Of a DNA stretch of 56,688 nt, positions 39,155 to 50,547 are shown piece by piece. The stretch is taken from positions 1-56,688 of the forward strand of contig CALDYW010000031.1 in the NCBI GenBank assembly GCA_937944395.1, read 5' to 3'. Each line of letters opens with the position of its first letter. Position 1 is the first letter of the stretch. The position numbers and the translations under genes were made by a program. Source of the stretch: an uncultured Rhodobacteraceae bacterium (GTDB taxonomy: Bacteria; Pseudomonadota; Alphaproteobacteria; Rhodobacterales; Rhodobacteraceae). The notes beneath the pieces are model-generated. The model made no database searches. It saw only the letters and a list, made by a program, of their open reading frames with translations, and was not told the DNA's origin.

Positions 39155-40459
39155 ATGAAGATCGCGGTGGTGGGCACGGGCTATGTCGGGCTCGTCTCGG
39201 GCGTGTGCTTCTCGGACTTCGGGCACGAGGTGGTCTGCGTGGACAAGGATCCGCGCAAGCTGGCGCTGCTGACCCGGGGCGAGGTGCCGATCTACGAACC
39301 CGGGCTCGAGGCCCTGATGGCGCGCAACGTCGCGGCCGGTCGGCTGTCGTTCACCGGCGATCTCGCGGCGGCGGTGGACGGGGCGGGGGCGGTGTTCATC
39401 GCCGTGGGTACGCCCGCCCGGCGCGGCGACGGCCATGCCGACCTGACCTATGTGATGGCCGCCGCCGAGGAGATCGCGGCGGCGCTCACCGGTTATGCGG
39501 TGATCGTCACCAAGTCCACCGTGCCGGTCGGCACGAATCGCAAGGTCAAGCAGGCGATCCTGAAGGCGCGACCCGATGCCGAGTTCGATGTCGCCTCGAA
39601 CCCCGAGTTCCTGCGCGAGGGTGCGGCGATCGACGATTTCATGCGCCCGGACCGGGTGGTGGTGGGGGTGCAGAACGAGCGCGCGCGCGAGGTGATGGCC
39701 GAGATCTACCGGCCGCTGTTCCTGCGCGAATTCCCGATCGTCTGGACCGACCTCGAATCGGCCGAGCTGATCAAGTACGCGGCGAACGCCTTTCTCGCGA
39801 CCAAGATCACCTTCATCAACGAGATCGCCGCGCTCTGCGAGCGCGTCGGGGCGGATGTGAAGGACGTGGCCCGCGGCATGGGGCTCGACGGGCGGATCGG
39901 CGCGAAGTTCCTGCATGCCGGGCCGGGCTACGGCGGGTCGTGCTTTCCCAAGGACACCCGGGCGCTTGCCCGCATCGGGCAGGAGCACGGCCTGCCGATG
40001 CAGATCACCGAGACGGTGATCGCGGTGAACGAGGCGGTCAAGCGGCGGATGGTGGACCGCATCCTCGACCTCTGCGGCGGCTCGGTGAACGGCAAGGTGA
40101 TCCTGGTCCTCGGGGTGACCTTCAAGCCCGATACCGACGACATGCGCGAGGCGCCCGCGCTCACCATCGTGCCGGCGCTGGTGGGCGGGGGGGCGAAGGT
40201 GCGGGTGGTCGATCCGCAGGGCCGGCGCGAGGGCGAGGCGCTCCTTCCGGGCGTCGCCTGGCACGACGATCCCTACAAGGCCGCCACCAACGCCGAGGCG
40301 GTGGTGATCCTGACCGAGTGGAACGAGTTCCGCGCGCTCGATCTGGCCCGGCTCGCCCGCAAGATGTCGGTGCCGCGGATGGCGGATCTGCGCAACGTCT
40401 ACAGCCCGCAGGATGCCCGAAAGGCCGGGTTCGAAGCCTACGTCTCGGTGGGGCGCTGA
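39155..40459 (+). CDS. ugd: UDP-glucose 6-dehydrogenase
   Basis: MKIAVVGTGYVGLVSGVCFSDFGHEVVCVDKD...NPEFLREGAAIDDF...GPGYGGSCFPKDTRAL. Confidence 0.95.
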   Translation: MKIAVVGTGYVGLVSGVCFSDFGHEVVCVDKDPRKLALLTRGEVPIYEPGLEALMARNVAAGRLSFTGDLAAAVDGAGAVFIAVGTPARRGDGHADLTYVMAAAEEIAAALTGYAVIVTKSTVPVGTNRKVKQAILKARPDAEFDVASNPEFLREGAAIDDFMRPDRVVVGVQNERAREVMAEIYRPLFLREFPIVWTDLESAELIKYAANAFLATKITFINEIAALCERVGADVKDVARGMGLDGRIGAKFLHAGPGYGGSCFPKDTRALARIGQEHGLPMQITETVIAVNEAVKRRMVDRILDLCGGSVNGKVILVLGVTFKPDTDDMREAPALTIVPALVGGGAKVRVVDPQGRREGEALLPGVAWHDDPYKAATNAEAVVILTEWNEFRALDLARLARKMSVPRMADLRNVYSPQDARKAGFEAYVSVGR

Positions 40460-40484
40460 GGCCGGCGCCCGCGCCGGGCCCGGC

Positions 40485-41456
40485 TCAGCCGGGCATCGCC
40501 GCCAGATGGTGGGCAAGGCCGATGAGCGCCGCGAAATCGTCCTCGATCACGCTCACCGGGATCTGCGCCACCAGATCCGAGAACCGGCCCTTGTCGGCGA
40601 AGGCGGCCGCGAAGCCGTAGGGCCCGAACCAGGGCGCCATGGCGCGGGCGACGCCGCCGGACAGGAAGATGCCCCCGAAGGGCAGCGTGATCAGCGCCAG
40701 ATCGCCGGCAACCGTGGCCAGCAGGCGGACGAACAGCCGCGCCGCCGCCTCGGCCCGGCCGTCGCCGCCGGCGTCCAGCGCGGCCATGATCCCGGCCGCG
40801 GTCGCGGACCGCGGGTCGCCGGCCTCCTCGCCGAGCCAGGCATGCAAATGCTCGAGCCCGCGACCCGACAGCGCCTCCTCGACCGAGGGGAAGCCTGCCC
40901 GCGCGCGCAGCCAGGCGGCCAGCCTGAGGTCGGCGGCATCGCGCAGGGGCAGGGTGACATGGCCGGCCTCGGCCGCCGCCACGAGCCGGCCGAGGGGCGT
41001 CTCGTGCACGGGGGCGATGTTGAAGCCGGTGCCGACCCCGATCACCAGCCGCGCCGCGCCCGCGGGTGCGGGGGCGCCCGGAACGACCGGCCGCAGCACC
41101 CCGGGCGCGAGATGGCCGAGCGCATGGCCCTGCGCCTGCAGGTCGTTGAGCACGGCGACCCGGCGCGCGCCGGTCGCCGCGGCCAGCGTCTCGCCGTCGA
41201 AGGTCCAGCCGAGGTTCGTCAGCCGCCCCCGCCCGTCGCGCACCGGCCCTGCGACGGCGACCGCGGCGGCGGCGCAGTCCGGCAGGCCCTCGGCGGCGAG
41301 GAAGGCGCGGAGAACCGCCGCCAGCCCCGGATAGTCGGCGTTGGCAAAGCGCCGCACCGTCCCCGGCAGCAGCTGCGTGCCCTCGGCCAGCGCGACCCGG
41401 GTATTGGTGCCCCCGGTATCGGCGACGAGGGCGGGGCGGGCGTCGGGTCGGGTCAT
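40485..41456 (-). CDS. glk: glucokinase
   Basis: MTRPDARPALVADTGGTNTRVAL...AVAGPV...LTNLGWTF...VLNDLQAQGHAL...IGVGTGFN...FLSGGVA. The track merges it with upstream pseudogene sequence into one 557-aa ORF. Confidence 0.9.
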   Translation of the reverse strand: MTRPDARPALVADTGGTNTRVALAEGTQLLPGTVRRFANADYPGLAAVLRAFLAAEGLPDCAAAAVAVAGPVRDGRGRLTNLGWTFDGETLAAATGARRVAVLNDLQAQGHALGHLAPGVLRPVVPGAPAPAGAARLVIGVGTGFNIAPVHETPLGRLVAAAEAGHVTLPLRDAADLRLAAWLRARAGFPSVEEALSGRGLEHLHAWLGEEAGDPRSATAAGIMAALDAGGDGRAEAAARLFVRLLATVAGDLALITLPFGGIFLSGGVARAMAPWFGPYGFAAAFADKGRFSDLVAQIPVSVIEDDFAALIGLAHHLAAMPG

Positions 41457-41470
41457 GGCGCGGCCTTCGC

Positions 41471-42605
41471 TCACGCGCGGGCCAGCGCCCGGGCCAGCGC
41501 GTGATAGGACGCCCCGGGCCGGCGCCGCAAGGTACCGAAATCGGCGCGGACGCGGCCGAAGCGCTTGCCGCCGCCGAAGGCCCATTCCTGGTCGTCCGGA
41601 AGCGACCGGACGAAATGGCCCGCAACCGGCACGCCCGCGGCGATGGCAGCCTGCACCCCGGCCAGGTGCGCGGGGCAGAAACGCGATCCGGTCCAAGGAA
41701 TGAACCGATCCGTTCATGTTCTTCTCCTCGGCTGCCATCCAGTTCTCGAAAAATTGGATCCGCAGGTCGACGGTGAACTCATCTTCCGTGCGGACCGGAA
41801 AGTATCGCGGCGAGTCGGGATGGATCTTTCGGCCCATGTCCGGCTTCGGCAGGGGTCCGGCCTCGGCAGGGGTCCGGCCTCGGCAGGGGGCCGGCCTCGG
41901 CAGCTGGCCGGGCACCTCGGCCATGGCCGGCGAGGGGCCGGATGCCGGGCGGATGCGCCTGATCCTGTGGCCGTTGGCCCCCACCCAGTCGAGCGGGCGG
42001 GCGATGGTGTCGAAGTCATCCTCCCGGCCGGCGGGACGGTGCGGCGCGAGCCCGGCAAGCGCCGCCTCGGGACAGCTCTGCCGGAAGACACCCGACAGGA
42101 ACCGCGGGTTGAAGACCGCGTCTCGGGTCGCCGCGGCGGCCCATCGCCACGGCGGCATGATCGGCGAACCAGCGGTCGATGTCGCGGTTGCGCCCTCCGC
42201 CGAGATCGGCAGGCGGCGAGGGCAGCTCGCAGTGGTCGAGCGTCAGCGCCGGCCGGATGCCGCGGGCGTGCATCCCGTCCGCCGGCCGGTCGCAGAAGTC
42301 GGGGCCGGCCGCGTTCACCGCGCCGCGGCCCTCGGGCATCACCCGGGCCCGGAAGGCGGAGAAGGAGAAGCGGTCGGCGCCGAGGTTCGCCGCCGCGACC
42401 AGGTCGAGATCCTCGGCCCAGCGGTTCGGCTGATCGCAGTCCAGCCGGCCGTCCTCGGCCTTGACGACGTTGCCGGGCGTTTCGGCGAAGTCGTCCCGGT
42501 GGGTGCGGCCGGCACCGCCCGCGCCCCGTGCCCCTCGATCCGGCGGGCCGAGGTCGCGACCCCGAACAGGAAGCCCTCGGGGACGGCGGTGCGTTCGGGG
42601 AACAT
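41471..42605 (-). pseudogene. GH1 beta-glucosidase pseudogene (several frameshifts, an internal deletion, degenerate motifs)
   Basis: GH1-like pieces lie in four different frames. (1) MFPERTAVPEGFLFGVATSARRIEG. (2) ...FAETPGNVVKAEDG..DCDQPNRWAEDL...ADRFSFSAFRARVMPEG...TLDHCELP...GGGRNRD. (3) ...RDAVFNPRFLSG...DWVGANGH...DMGRKIHP...IQFFENWMAAE...SLDRIAFL. (4) ...GVPVAGHFVRSLPDDQEWAFGGGKRFGRV. The NEP acid/base region is missing. Confidence 0.8.
41846..41913. repeat. 17-bp tandem repeat (tcggcaggggtccggcc, about 3.5-4 units) inside the GH1 pseudogene
   Basis: Units at 41846-62, 41863-79 and 41880-96 (one substitution), plus a degenerate unit from 41897. The unit length is not a multiple of 3. 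Confidence 0.85.
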
Positions 42606-42613
42606 GGGAAACC

Positions 42614-43639
42614 TCAGCTCCGCAGGGGGCCGGTGGACTGCCCGAGCACCAGCTCGGCCTCGAGCAGACGGTGTCGGGGCGGGCCGGAGGGGTCGGCGAC
42701 AAGGTCGAGCAGCATCTCGGCGGCCAGGCGGCCGGCCTCGCGCACCGACGAGCGCGTGGCGGTGAACACCGGCACGCTGTCGGGTGTGGTGAAGTAGCCG
42801 AGTTCGTCGTCGTGGCAGACGATCGAGACGTCCCGGCCCATGGCCAGCCCGCGTTCCTCGACCGCCCGGCGCACGCCGAGCGCCGGGATGAGCGACGAGA
42901 CGAGGAAGGCGGTGGGCGGGTCGGGCAGCGCCAGCATCGACCGCGCGGCGCGGTAGCCCGCGCCTTCGGTCATCTCCTCGCTCGACATGATCCGCGGGTC
43001 GGGCGCGATGCCGCGGTCCGCCAGCGCCGCCTCGTAACCCGCCCGGCGGCGGATCGCGAAATCCATGATCTCGAGACCGTTGACCAGCGCGATGCGGCGG
43101 TGGCCGAGGTCGAGCAGGAAGTCGGTGGCGCGGAAGAAGGCGCGGCGGTTGTTGACGTCGAGCCAGGAATAGGTCTCGTCCGCGGCCGAGACGCGGCCGT
43201 GCACGACGAAGGGCATCTTGAGATCGCAGAGCAGCCGCACCCGCGGGTCGGCCACCCGCGGGGCGTGCACGATCACCCCGTCCACCCGCCGCGTGCTGGC
43301 AAGCTCGCGGTAGACGCGCGCCTCGTCGTCGTCGCGCACGACCGTCAGCACCATGTCGTAGCCCAGGCGCGCATAGGTCTCGCCGGCGCCGGCGATGAAG
43401 TCGGCGAAGACCGGGTTCACCATCTCGTGCCGGGTCGAGAGCGGGATGACATGGCCGATGGCGCGGGCGGCGCCGAGCGCGAGGCTGCGGGCGCGGGCAT
43501 CGGGGCGGTAGTCGAAGCGCCGCGCGGCCTCGATCACCCGCCGGCGCGTGGCCTCGCTGACGTCGGGGTAGCCGTTGAGCGCGCGGCTCACGGTGGTCTG
43601 CGAGAGCCCCAGTGCGGCCGACAAATCCTTGAGTCTCAT
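42614..43639 (-). CDS. aglR: LacI-family transcriptional regulator (AglR-like)
   Basis: MRLKDLSAALGLSQTTVSRALNGYPDVSEATRRRVIEAARRFDYRPDARARSL (HTH_LacI) plus a periplasmic-binding-fold effector domain. Divergent from aglE. Confidence 0.85.
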   Translation of the reverse strand: MRLKDLSAALGLSQTTVSRALNGYPDVSEATRRRVIEAARRFDYRPDARARSLALGAARAIGHVIPLSTRHEMVNPVFADFIAGAGETYARLGYDMVLTVVRDDDEARVYRELASTRRVDGVIVHAPRVADPRVRLLCDLKMPFVVHGRVSAADETYSWLDVNNRRAFFRATDFLLDLGHRRIALVNGLEIMDFAIRRRAGYEAALADRGIAPDPRIMSSEEMTEGAGYRAARSMLALPDPPTAFLVSSLIPALGVRRAVEERGLAMGRDVSIVCHDDELGYFTTPDSVPVFTATRSSVREAGRLAAEMLLDLVADPSGPPRHRLLEAELVLGQSTGPLRS

Positions 43640-43652
43640 CCGGCAAGGGTGT

Positions 43653-43666
43653 CCAAAGCGCTTTCG
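43653..43666. promoter_or_regulatory. candidate LacI-type operator 1 (CCAAAGCGCTTTCG)
   Basis: A near-perfect palindrome around a central CG, 14 nt upstream of the aglR start. Confidence 0.5.
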
Positions 43667-43812
43667 AGACAAAAAGCCTAGCAGACCGCTGCGGGGCACG
43701 TCAAAGGGTCACGGCACCTCCGGCCAAGTGATGCGCACATCAAGTTATTGAAAAAACGACTCGATAATCCGGACTTGACGTTTGGGGCGGTATGGGTGAC
43801 TGTACCGGTTGC

Positions 43813-43826
43813 CCAAAGCGCTTTGG
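43813..43826. promoter_or_regulatory. candidate LacI-type operator 2 (CCAAAGCGCTTTGG)
   Basis: A perfect 14-bp palindrome. It lies 33 nt downstream of a TTGACG (43775-80) and 61 nt upstream of the aglE ATG. Confidence 0.55.
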
Positions 43827-43886
43827 ATGACCGTCCGGCGCGGGGAGAAAGCCGCGGCGCCGCTGCGCCACACAGGGAGGACACCG

Positions 43887-45242
43887 ATGAACCGCCGCTT
43901 CGCCGCGGGCGCTGCCGCGCTCGCGCTCTTTGCAGGCATGGGACATGCCCAGGATCTGATGTTCCCGCCGGGCGAGGACGCCCGCTTCGACTGGGCGAGC
44001 TTTGATGCCTTCGCCGCCGCCCACGACCTTTCGGGCCAGGAACTGACCATCTTCGGTCCCTGGCTCGGCCCCGACCAGGAACTGGTCGAGGGCATGCTGG
44101 CCTATTTCGAGAAGGCCACGGGCGCCGATGTCCGCTACGTCGGCTCGGACAGTTTCGAATCCCAGGTGCGCATCGACACCGAGGCCGGGTCGGCTGCCAA
44201 CATCTCGGTCTTTCCGCAGCCGGGCCTGACCGGCGACCTCGCCGGGCTCGGCTTCATCGCGCCGCTGACCGACGACGACGCCGCCTGGCTGCGCGACACC
44301 TACGCCGCCGGCCAGTCCTGGGTCGACCTTGCCTCGTTCGCCGGCCCCGACGGCGAGAAGCGGCTCTACGGCTTCTTCTACAAGGTCGATCTGAAGAGCC
44401 TTGTCTGGTATGTTCCCGAGAACTTCGAGGACGCGGGCTACGAGATCCCGACCTCGATGGAGGCGCTGAAGGCCTTGACCGAGCAGATCGTCGCCGACGG
44501 CGGCACGCCCTGGTGCATCGGCCTCGGCTCGGGCGCGGCCACCGGCTGGCCGGCGACCGACTGGGTCGAGGACATGATGCTGCGGACCACCTCGCCCGAG
44601 AACTACGACGCCTGGGTGACGAACGACCTGAAGTTCAACGATCCGATCGTGATCAACGCCATCGAGGAGTTCGGCTGGTTCGCCCGCAACGATGCCTTTG
44701 TCGCCGGCGGTGCCGGGGCGGTCGCCACGACCGACTTCCGCGACAGCCCCAGGGGCCTCTTCACCTCGCCGCCGCAGTGCTACATGCACCGGCAGGCCTC
44801 GTTCATCCCCTCGTTCTTCCCCGAGGGCACGCAGGTCGGCGTGGACGCCGACTTCTTCTACTTTCCGGCCTACGAGACCGCCGGCCTCGGCAACCCGGTG
44901 CTGGGCGCGGGCACGCTGTTTGCCATCACCCGCGACAGCCCGGCCGCGCGGGTCTTCATCGAATGGCTGAAGACTCCCATCGCGCACGAGGTCTGGATGG
45001 CGCGCTCGGGCTTCCTGACCCCGCACAAGGGCGTCAACGCCGAGGTCTACGGCGACCCGACGCTGCGGAAGATGAACGACATCCTGCTCGGCGCCGACAC
45101 CTTCCGCTTCGACGGATCCGACCTGATGCCGGGCGCCGTGGGGGCCGGCAGCTTCTGGACCGGAATGGTGGACTATGCCGGCGGCAAGCCGGCCGAGGAG
45201 GTCGCGAACGCGATCCAGGCCTCTTGGGATGCGCTGAAGTGA
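43887..45242 (+). CDS. aglE: alpha-glucoside ABC transporter substrate-binding protein
   Basis: Signal peptide MNRRFAAGAAALALFAGMGHAQ, family-1 sugar binding-protein body, GGGAGG 6 nt upstream. First gene of an aglEFGAK-ordered cluster. Confidence 0.85.
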   Translation: MNRRFAAGAAALALFAGMGHAQDLMFPPGEDARFDWASFDAFAAAHDLSGQELTIFGPWLGPDQELVEGMLAYFEKATGADVRYVGSDSFESQVRIDTEAGSAANISVFPQPGLTGDLAGLGFIAPLTDDDAAWLRDTYAAGQSWVDLASFAGPDGEKRLYGFFYKVDLKSLVWYVPENFEDAGYEIPTSMEALKALTEQIVADGGTPWCIGLGSGAATGWPATDWVEDMMLRTTSPENYDAWVTNDLKFNDPIVINAIEEFGWFARNDAFVAGGAGAVATTDFRDSPRGLFTSPPQCYMHRQASFIPSFFPEGTQVGVDADFFYFPAYETAGLGNPVLGAGTLFAITRDSPAARVFIEWLKTPIAHEVWMARSGFLTPHKGVNAEVYGDPTLRKMNDILLGADTFRFDGSDLMPGAVGAGSFWTGMVDYAGGKPAEEVANAIQASWDALK

Positions 45243-45280
45243 CGGGACAGGCGGGCGTTCCGCGCTAGACTGGGCGCCTC

Positions 45281-45312
45281 GGGGGCCCGGAGTGCGCGCG
45301 CTCCGGGCCCCC
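45281..45312 (+). other. 12-bp-stem GC hairpin between the binding-protein and permease genes
   Basis: GGGGGCCCGGAG-tgcgcgcg-CTCCGGGCCCCC, with no U tract. Confidence 0.7.
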
Positions 45313-45359
45313 TTGCAACACCAGGGCCGAAGGGCCCGGAACGTGGGGGGCCGAGAGAG

Positions 45360-46601
45360 ATGAACCCGGCGCTGCAGGGGCTTGTCACCATCCTCGTCGG
45401 GGTGGGGGGCTGCCTGGCCTACTACTACGTCTCGAACCAGGTCCTCGACCGGGTGCTGTTTCCCGCGCGCGGGCCGAACGCCGGGCGCAACATCAACCGC
45501 GCCAACATGATCCGGCCCTGGCTGTTCCTGTTTCCGGCGCTGTTCGCGCTGGCGGTCTATCTGGCCTATCCGGTCGTCGAGACGCTCCGCCTTTCGGTCA
45601 CCCAGCGCCTGCCGGGCGGCGGCTCGGTCTTCGTCGGGTCCGACAACTACACCAGGATGCTGGGCGAGCCCAAGTTCTGGGAGGCGCTGCGCAACAACAT
45701 GCTCTGGCTGGTGGTGGTGCCTGCCGCCTCGACCGCCTTCGGCCTGCTCGCGGCCCAGCTGACCGACCGCATCCGCTGGGGCAACATCGCCAAGTCGCTG
45801 ATCTTCATGCCGATGGCGATCTCGTTTGTCGGTGCCGCGGTGATCTGGAAGCTCGTCTACGACACCCGGCCTGCCGACCAGCCGCAGATCGGCGTCCTCA
45901 ACGCGCTGTGGCTGATGTTCGAGGGCGGGCCGTGGAGCTGGTTGCTTCTCAAGCTCGTGCCTGCGCTGCTGCTGCTGGCCTTCGCGCTGGCCGCGGCCTG
46001 GATCGGGTGGATCGTGATCCGTCCGGTCGTCGCGGCCGGCCCGGTGCGGCCCGGACCGGCGGGTATTCTCGCCCGCGCCGCCGGCGCGCTGGTCGCGCTC
46101 GGGCTAGTGTGGCGGTCGCTCACGGCGATCCCCGGCGTGCTTGCCGCCGACCTTCCCTACGGACAGCCGCAGACCTGGCTGACCATGCCGCTGTGGAACA
46201 ACTTCTTCCTGATGGCGGTGCTGATCTGGATCCAGACCGGTTTCGCCATGGTGATCCTGTCGGCCGCGCTCAGGGGCGTGCCCGAGGACACGGTCGAGGC
46301 CGCCATCGTGGACGGCGCGAACCCGCTGCAGATCTTCTTCCGCATCAAGGTGCCGCAGATCATGGGCACGGTGGTCGTGGTCTGGACCACGATCACCATC
46401 GTCGTGCTGAAGGTCTTCGACATCGTCTTTGCCATGACCAACGGCCAGTGGGAAACCCAGGTTCTGGCCAACTACATGTACGACAAGCTGTTCCGCGCCA
46501 ATGACTGGGGCGTCGGGTCGGCGGCGGCGATGGTGATCATGCTCCTCGTCACCCCGATCCTTGTGTGGAACGTCTGGAACGCGCGCAGGGAAATGCGCTG
46601 A
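45360..46601 (+). CDS. aglF: alpha-glucoside ABC transporter permease
   Basis: MalF-type permease with the EAA-like loop AALRGVPEDTVEAAIVDGANPLQIFFRIKVP. 413 aa, with an extra hydrophobic insert. Confidence 0.85.
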   Translation: MNPALQGLVTILVGVGGCLAYYYVSNQVLDRVLFPARGPNAGRNINRANMIRPWLFLFPALFALAVYLAYPVVETLRLSVTQRLPGGGSVFVGSDNYTRMLGEPKFWEALRNNMLWLVVVPAASTAFGLLAAQLTDRIRWGNIAKSLIFMPMAISFVGAAVIWKLVYDTRPADQPQIGVLNALWLMFEGGPWSWLLLKLVPALLLLAFALAAAWIGWIVIRPVVAAGPVRPGPAGILARAAGALVALGLVWRSLTAIPGVLAADLPYGQPQTWLTMPLWNNFFLMAVLIWIQTGFAMVILSAALRGVPEDTVEAAIVDGANPLQIFFRIKVPQIMGTVVVVWTTITIVVLKVFDIVFAMTNGQWETQVLANYMYDKLFRANDWGVGSAAAMVIMLLVTPILVWNVWNARREMR

Positions 46602-46618
46602 GGCCGGGGGCAGGACCC

Positions 46619-47757
46619 ATGGACAACATCGCCGGATCGAAGCCTGCACTCGCCTGGGCGGTGCATATCTCGGTTGCGCTTCTCGTCGTGCTCTGGCTGT
46701 TCCCGACGGCCGGCCTCTTCGTCTCGTCGTTCCGCACCGCCGACCAGATCGCCACCTCGGGCTGGTGGTCGGCGCTGTCCCGGCAGGAGCGGCAGGTGCC
46801 GCCGATCCGCGTCGAGGGAACCGAGGTCGCGCGCGACGGCCGCTTCGTGATCGAGGGCCGTCTGTTCGCGGCCGACACCGCCGAGGTCAGCGCCTGGGGC
46901 ACCAACGTGAACCGCCCCGAGGAGTTCGCACCCGGCGAGACCGCCGACCTCGGCGACGGCGTGACCCTGACCGTGGACGCGCGCGGCGCCTATGTCCTGT
47001 CCGGGCCGGCGACTTTCGCCGGCCAGCGCCTGCCGCGGATCTTCTCCACCGCCGCCACCCCGCCCGAATTCACGCTCGACAACTACCGCGCGATCCTGTT
47101 CGATCCGCGTAACGTGGACGGCATGTCGCGCGCCTTCCTCAACACGCTCACGGTGGCCATACCGGCCACGGTGATCCCGATCCTGGTCGCGGCCTTCGCG
47201 GCCTATGCCCTGGCCTGGATGGAATTCCCCGGCCGCGCCCTGCTGATCGCGGCGATCGTCGGGCTGCTGGTGGTGCCGCTGCAGCTGGCGCTGATCCCGC
47301 TGCTGAAGCTGCACAACAACATCGGGATCGGGAAGGGCTATCTCGGCGTCTGGCTGGCGCATACCGGCTTCGGCCTGCCGCTCGCGATCTACCTGCTGAG
47401 GAACTACATGGTGGGGCTGCCGCGCGACATCATCGAGAACGCGCGGGTGGACGGGGCGACCGACTTCCAGATCTTCGTCCGCATCATCCTGCCGCTCAGC
47501 TTCCCCGCCCTCGCCTCGTTCGCGATCTTCCAGTTCCTCTGGACCTGGAACGACCTTCTGGTGGCGCTGGTGTTCCTGATCGACGCCAGCGGGCAGACCA
47601 CGGTGATGACCAAGCAGATCGTCGAGCTTCTGGGCACCCGCGGCGGCAACTGGGAGATCCTCGCCACCGCCGCCTTCGTCTCGATCGCGGTGCCGCTGGC
47701 GGTGTTCTTCCTGATGCAGCGCTATCTGGTGCGCGGGCTGCTGGCGGGGTCGGTGAA

Positions 47758-47761
<4 letters not shown>
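46619..47761 (+). CDS. aglG: alpha-glucoside ABC transporter permease
   Basis: MalG-type permease with the loop NYMVGLPRDIIENARVDGATDFQIFVRIILP. The ATG at 46619 is chosen over the track start at 46565. Confidence 0.85.
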
Positions 47762-49407
<1,646 letters not shown>

Positions 49408-49437
49408 CGGGGACAGGCGGGGAGGGAGAGCGCAAGG

Positions 49438-50526
49438 ATGGCCGAGCTCAAGCTGGTCGATGTCGCCAAGGCCTACGGCGACGTGAAGGTGCTTTCGAAC
49501 ATCAACCTCGACATCCGCCGCGGCGAGCTGCTCGTGTTCGTCGGCCCTTCGGGCTGCGGCAAGTCCACGCTGTTGCGGATGATCGCCGGGCTCGAGCGGA
49601 TCACCGCGGGCACCTTCACCATCGACGGGGTGCGGATGAACGACGTCCCCCCGGCGCAGCGCGGCATCGCCATGGTGTTCCAGTCCTACGCGCTCTACCC
49701 GCACATGACGGTTCGCGACAACATGGCCTTCGCGCTCCGTCTGGCGCGGAAGCCGGAGGCCGAGATCAGGACCGCGGTCGAGAAGGCGGCGCGCGCGCTG
49801 CAGCTCGAGCCCTATCTCGACCGGCTGCCCAAGGCGCTGTCGGGCGGGCAGCGCCAGCGCGTGGCCATCGGCCGGGCGATCGTGCGCGACCCGAAGGTCT
49901 ATCTCTTCGACGAGCCGCTGTCGAACCTCGACGCCGCGCTCCGCGTCGCGACGCGCATCGAGATCGCCCAGCTCAAGGAGGCGATGCCCGACCGCACGAT
50001 GATCTACGTCACCCACGACCAGGTCGAGGCGATGACGCTGGCCAGCCGCATCGTGGTCCTGGCCGGCGGCGGCATCAGCCAGGTCGGCAGCCCGCTCGAG
50101 CTTTACGAACGGCCCGAGAACGAGTTCGTGGCCCGGTTCATCGGCAGCCCGGCGATGAACATGCTGGATGGCGAGGTGATCGAGACCGGCGAGACCACGG
50201 TGGTGCGCCTGCGGCAGGGCGGGGTCGCCCGCGCGGCGATCCCCACGCAGGCCGCGGAGATGGGAATGACGGTGCGCCTCGGCGTGCGGCCCGAGGATCT
50301 GGTGCCGACCGACGATGCCGAGTTCCTGCATCAGGGCACGGTCGAGATCACCGAGGCACTCGGCGAGGTGACGCTGCTCTACTTCCAGAAGGAGGGCGAG
50401 CGCGTCGGCATGATCGCCAAGCTGCCGGGCATCCACGCCGGCCTGCGCCGGCAACAGGTGCGGCTCAAGGCCGATCCTCGCAAGATCCACCTCTTCCGCA
50501 ACGGCCGGTCGCTGCTCTACCGCTGA
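49438..50526 (+). CDS. aglK: sugar ABC transporter ATP-binding protein (MalK/UgpC type)
   Basis: Walker A GPSGCGKST, signature LSGGQRQRVAIGRA, Walker B YLFDEPLSNLD, plus the MalK-type C-terminal regulatory domain. Confidence 0.9.
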   Translation: MAELKLVDVAKAYGDVKVLSNINLDIRRGELLVFVGPSGCGKSTLLRMIAGLERITAGTFTIDGVRMNDVPPAQRGIAMVFQSYALYPHMTVRDNMAFALRLARKPEAEIRTAVEKAARALQLEPYLDRLPKALSGGQRQRVAIGRAIVRDPKVYLFDEPLSNLDAALRVATRIEIAQLKEAMPDRTMIYVTHDQVEAMTLASRIVVLAGGGISQVGSPLELYERPENEFVARFIGSPAMNMLDGEVIETGETTVVRLRQGGVARAAIPTQAAEMGMTVRLGVRPEDLVPTDDAEFLHQGTVEITEALGEVTLLYFQKEGERVGMIAKLPGIHAGLRRQQVRLKADPRKIHLFRNGRSLLYR

Positions 50527-50547
50527 GGCCCGCGGCCTGCGCAGCCC

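Noticed and set aside
40485-42158. A single 557-aa protein, as given in the ORF track.
   Set aside because: The C-terminal 323 aa form a complete glucokinase with its own ATG at 41456. The N-terminal part is one frame of the GH1 pseudogene that happens to stay open.
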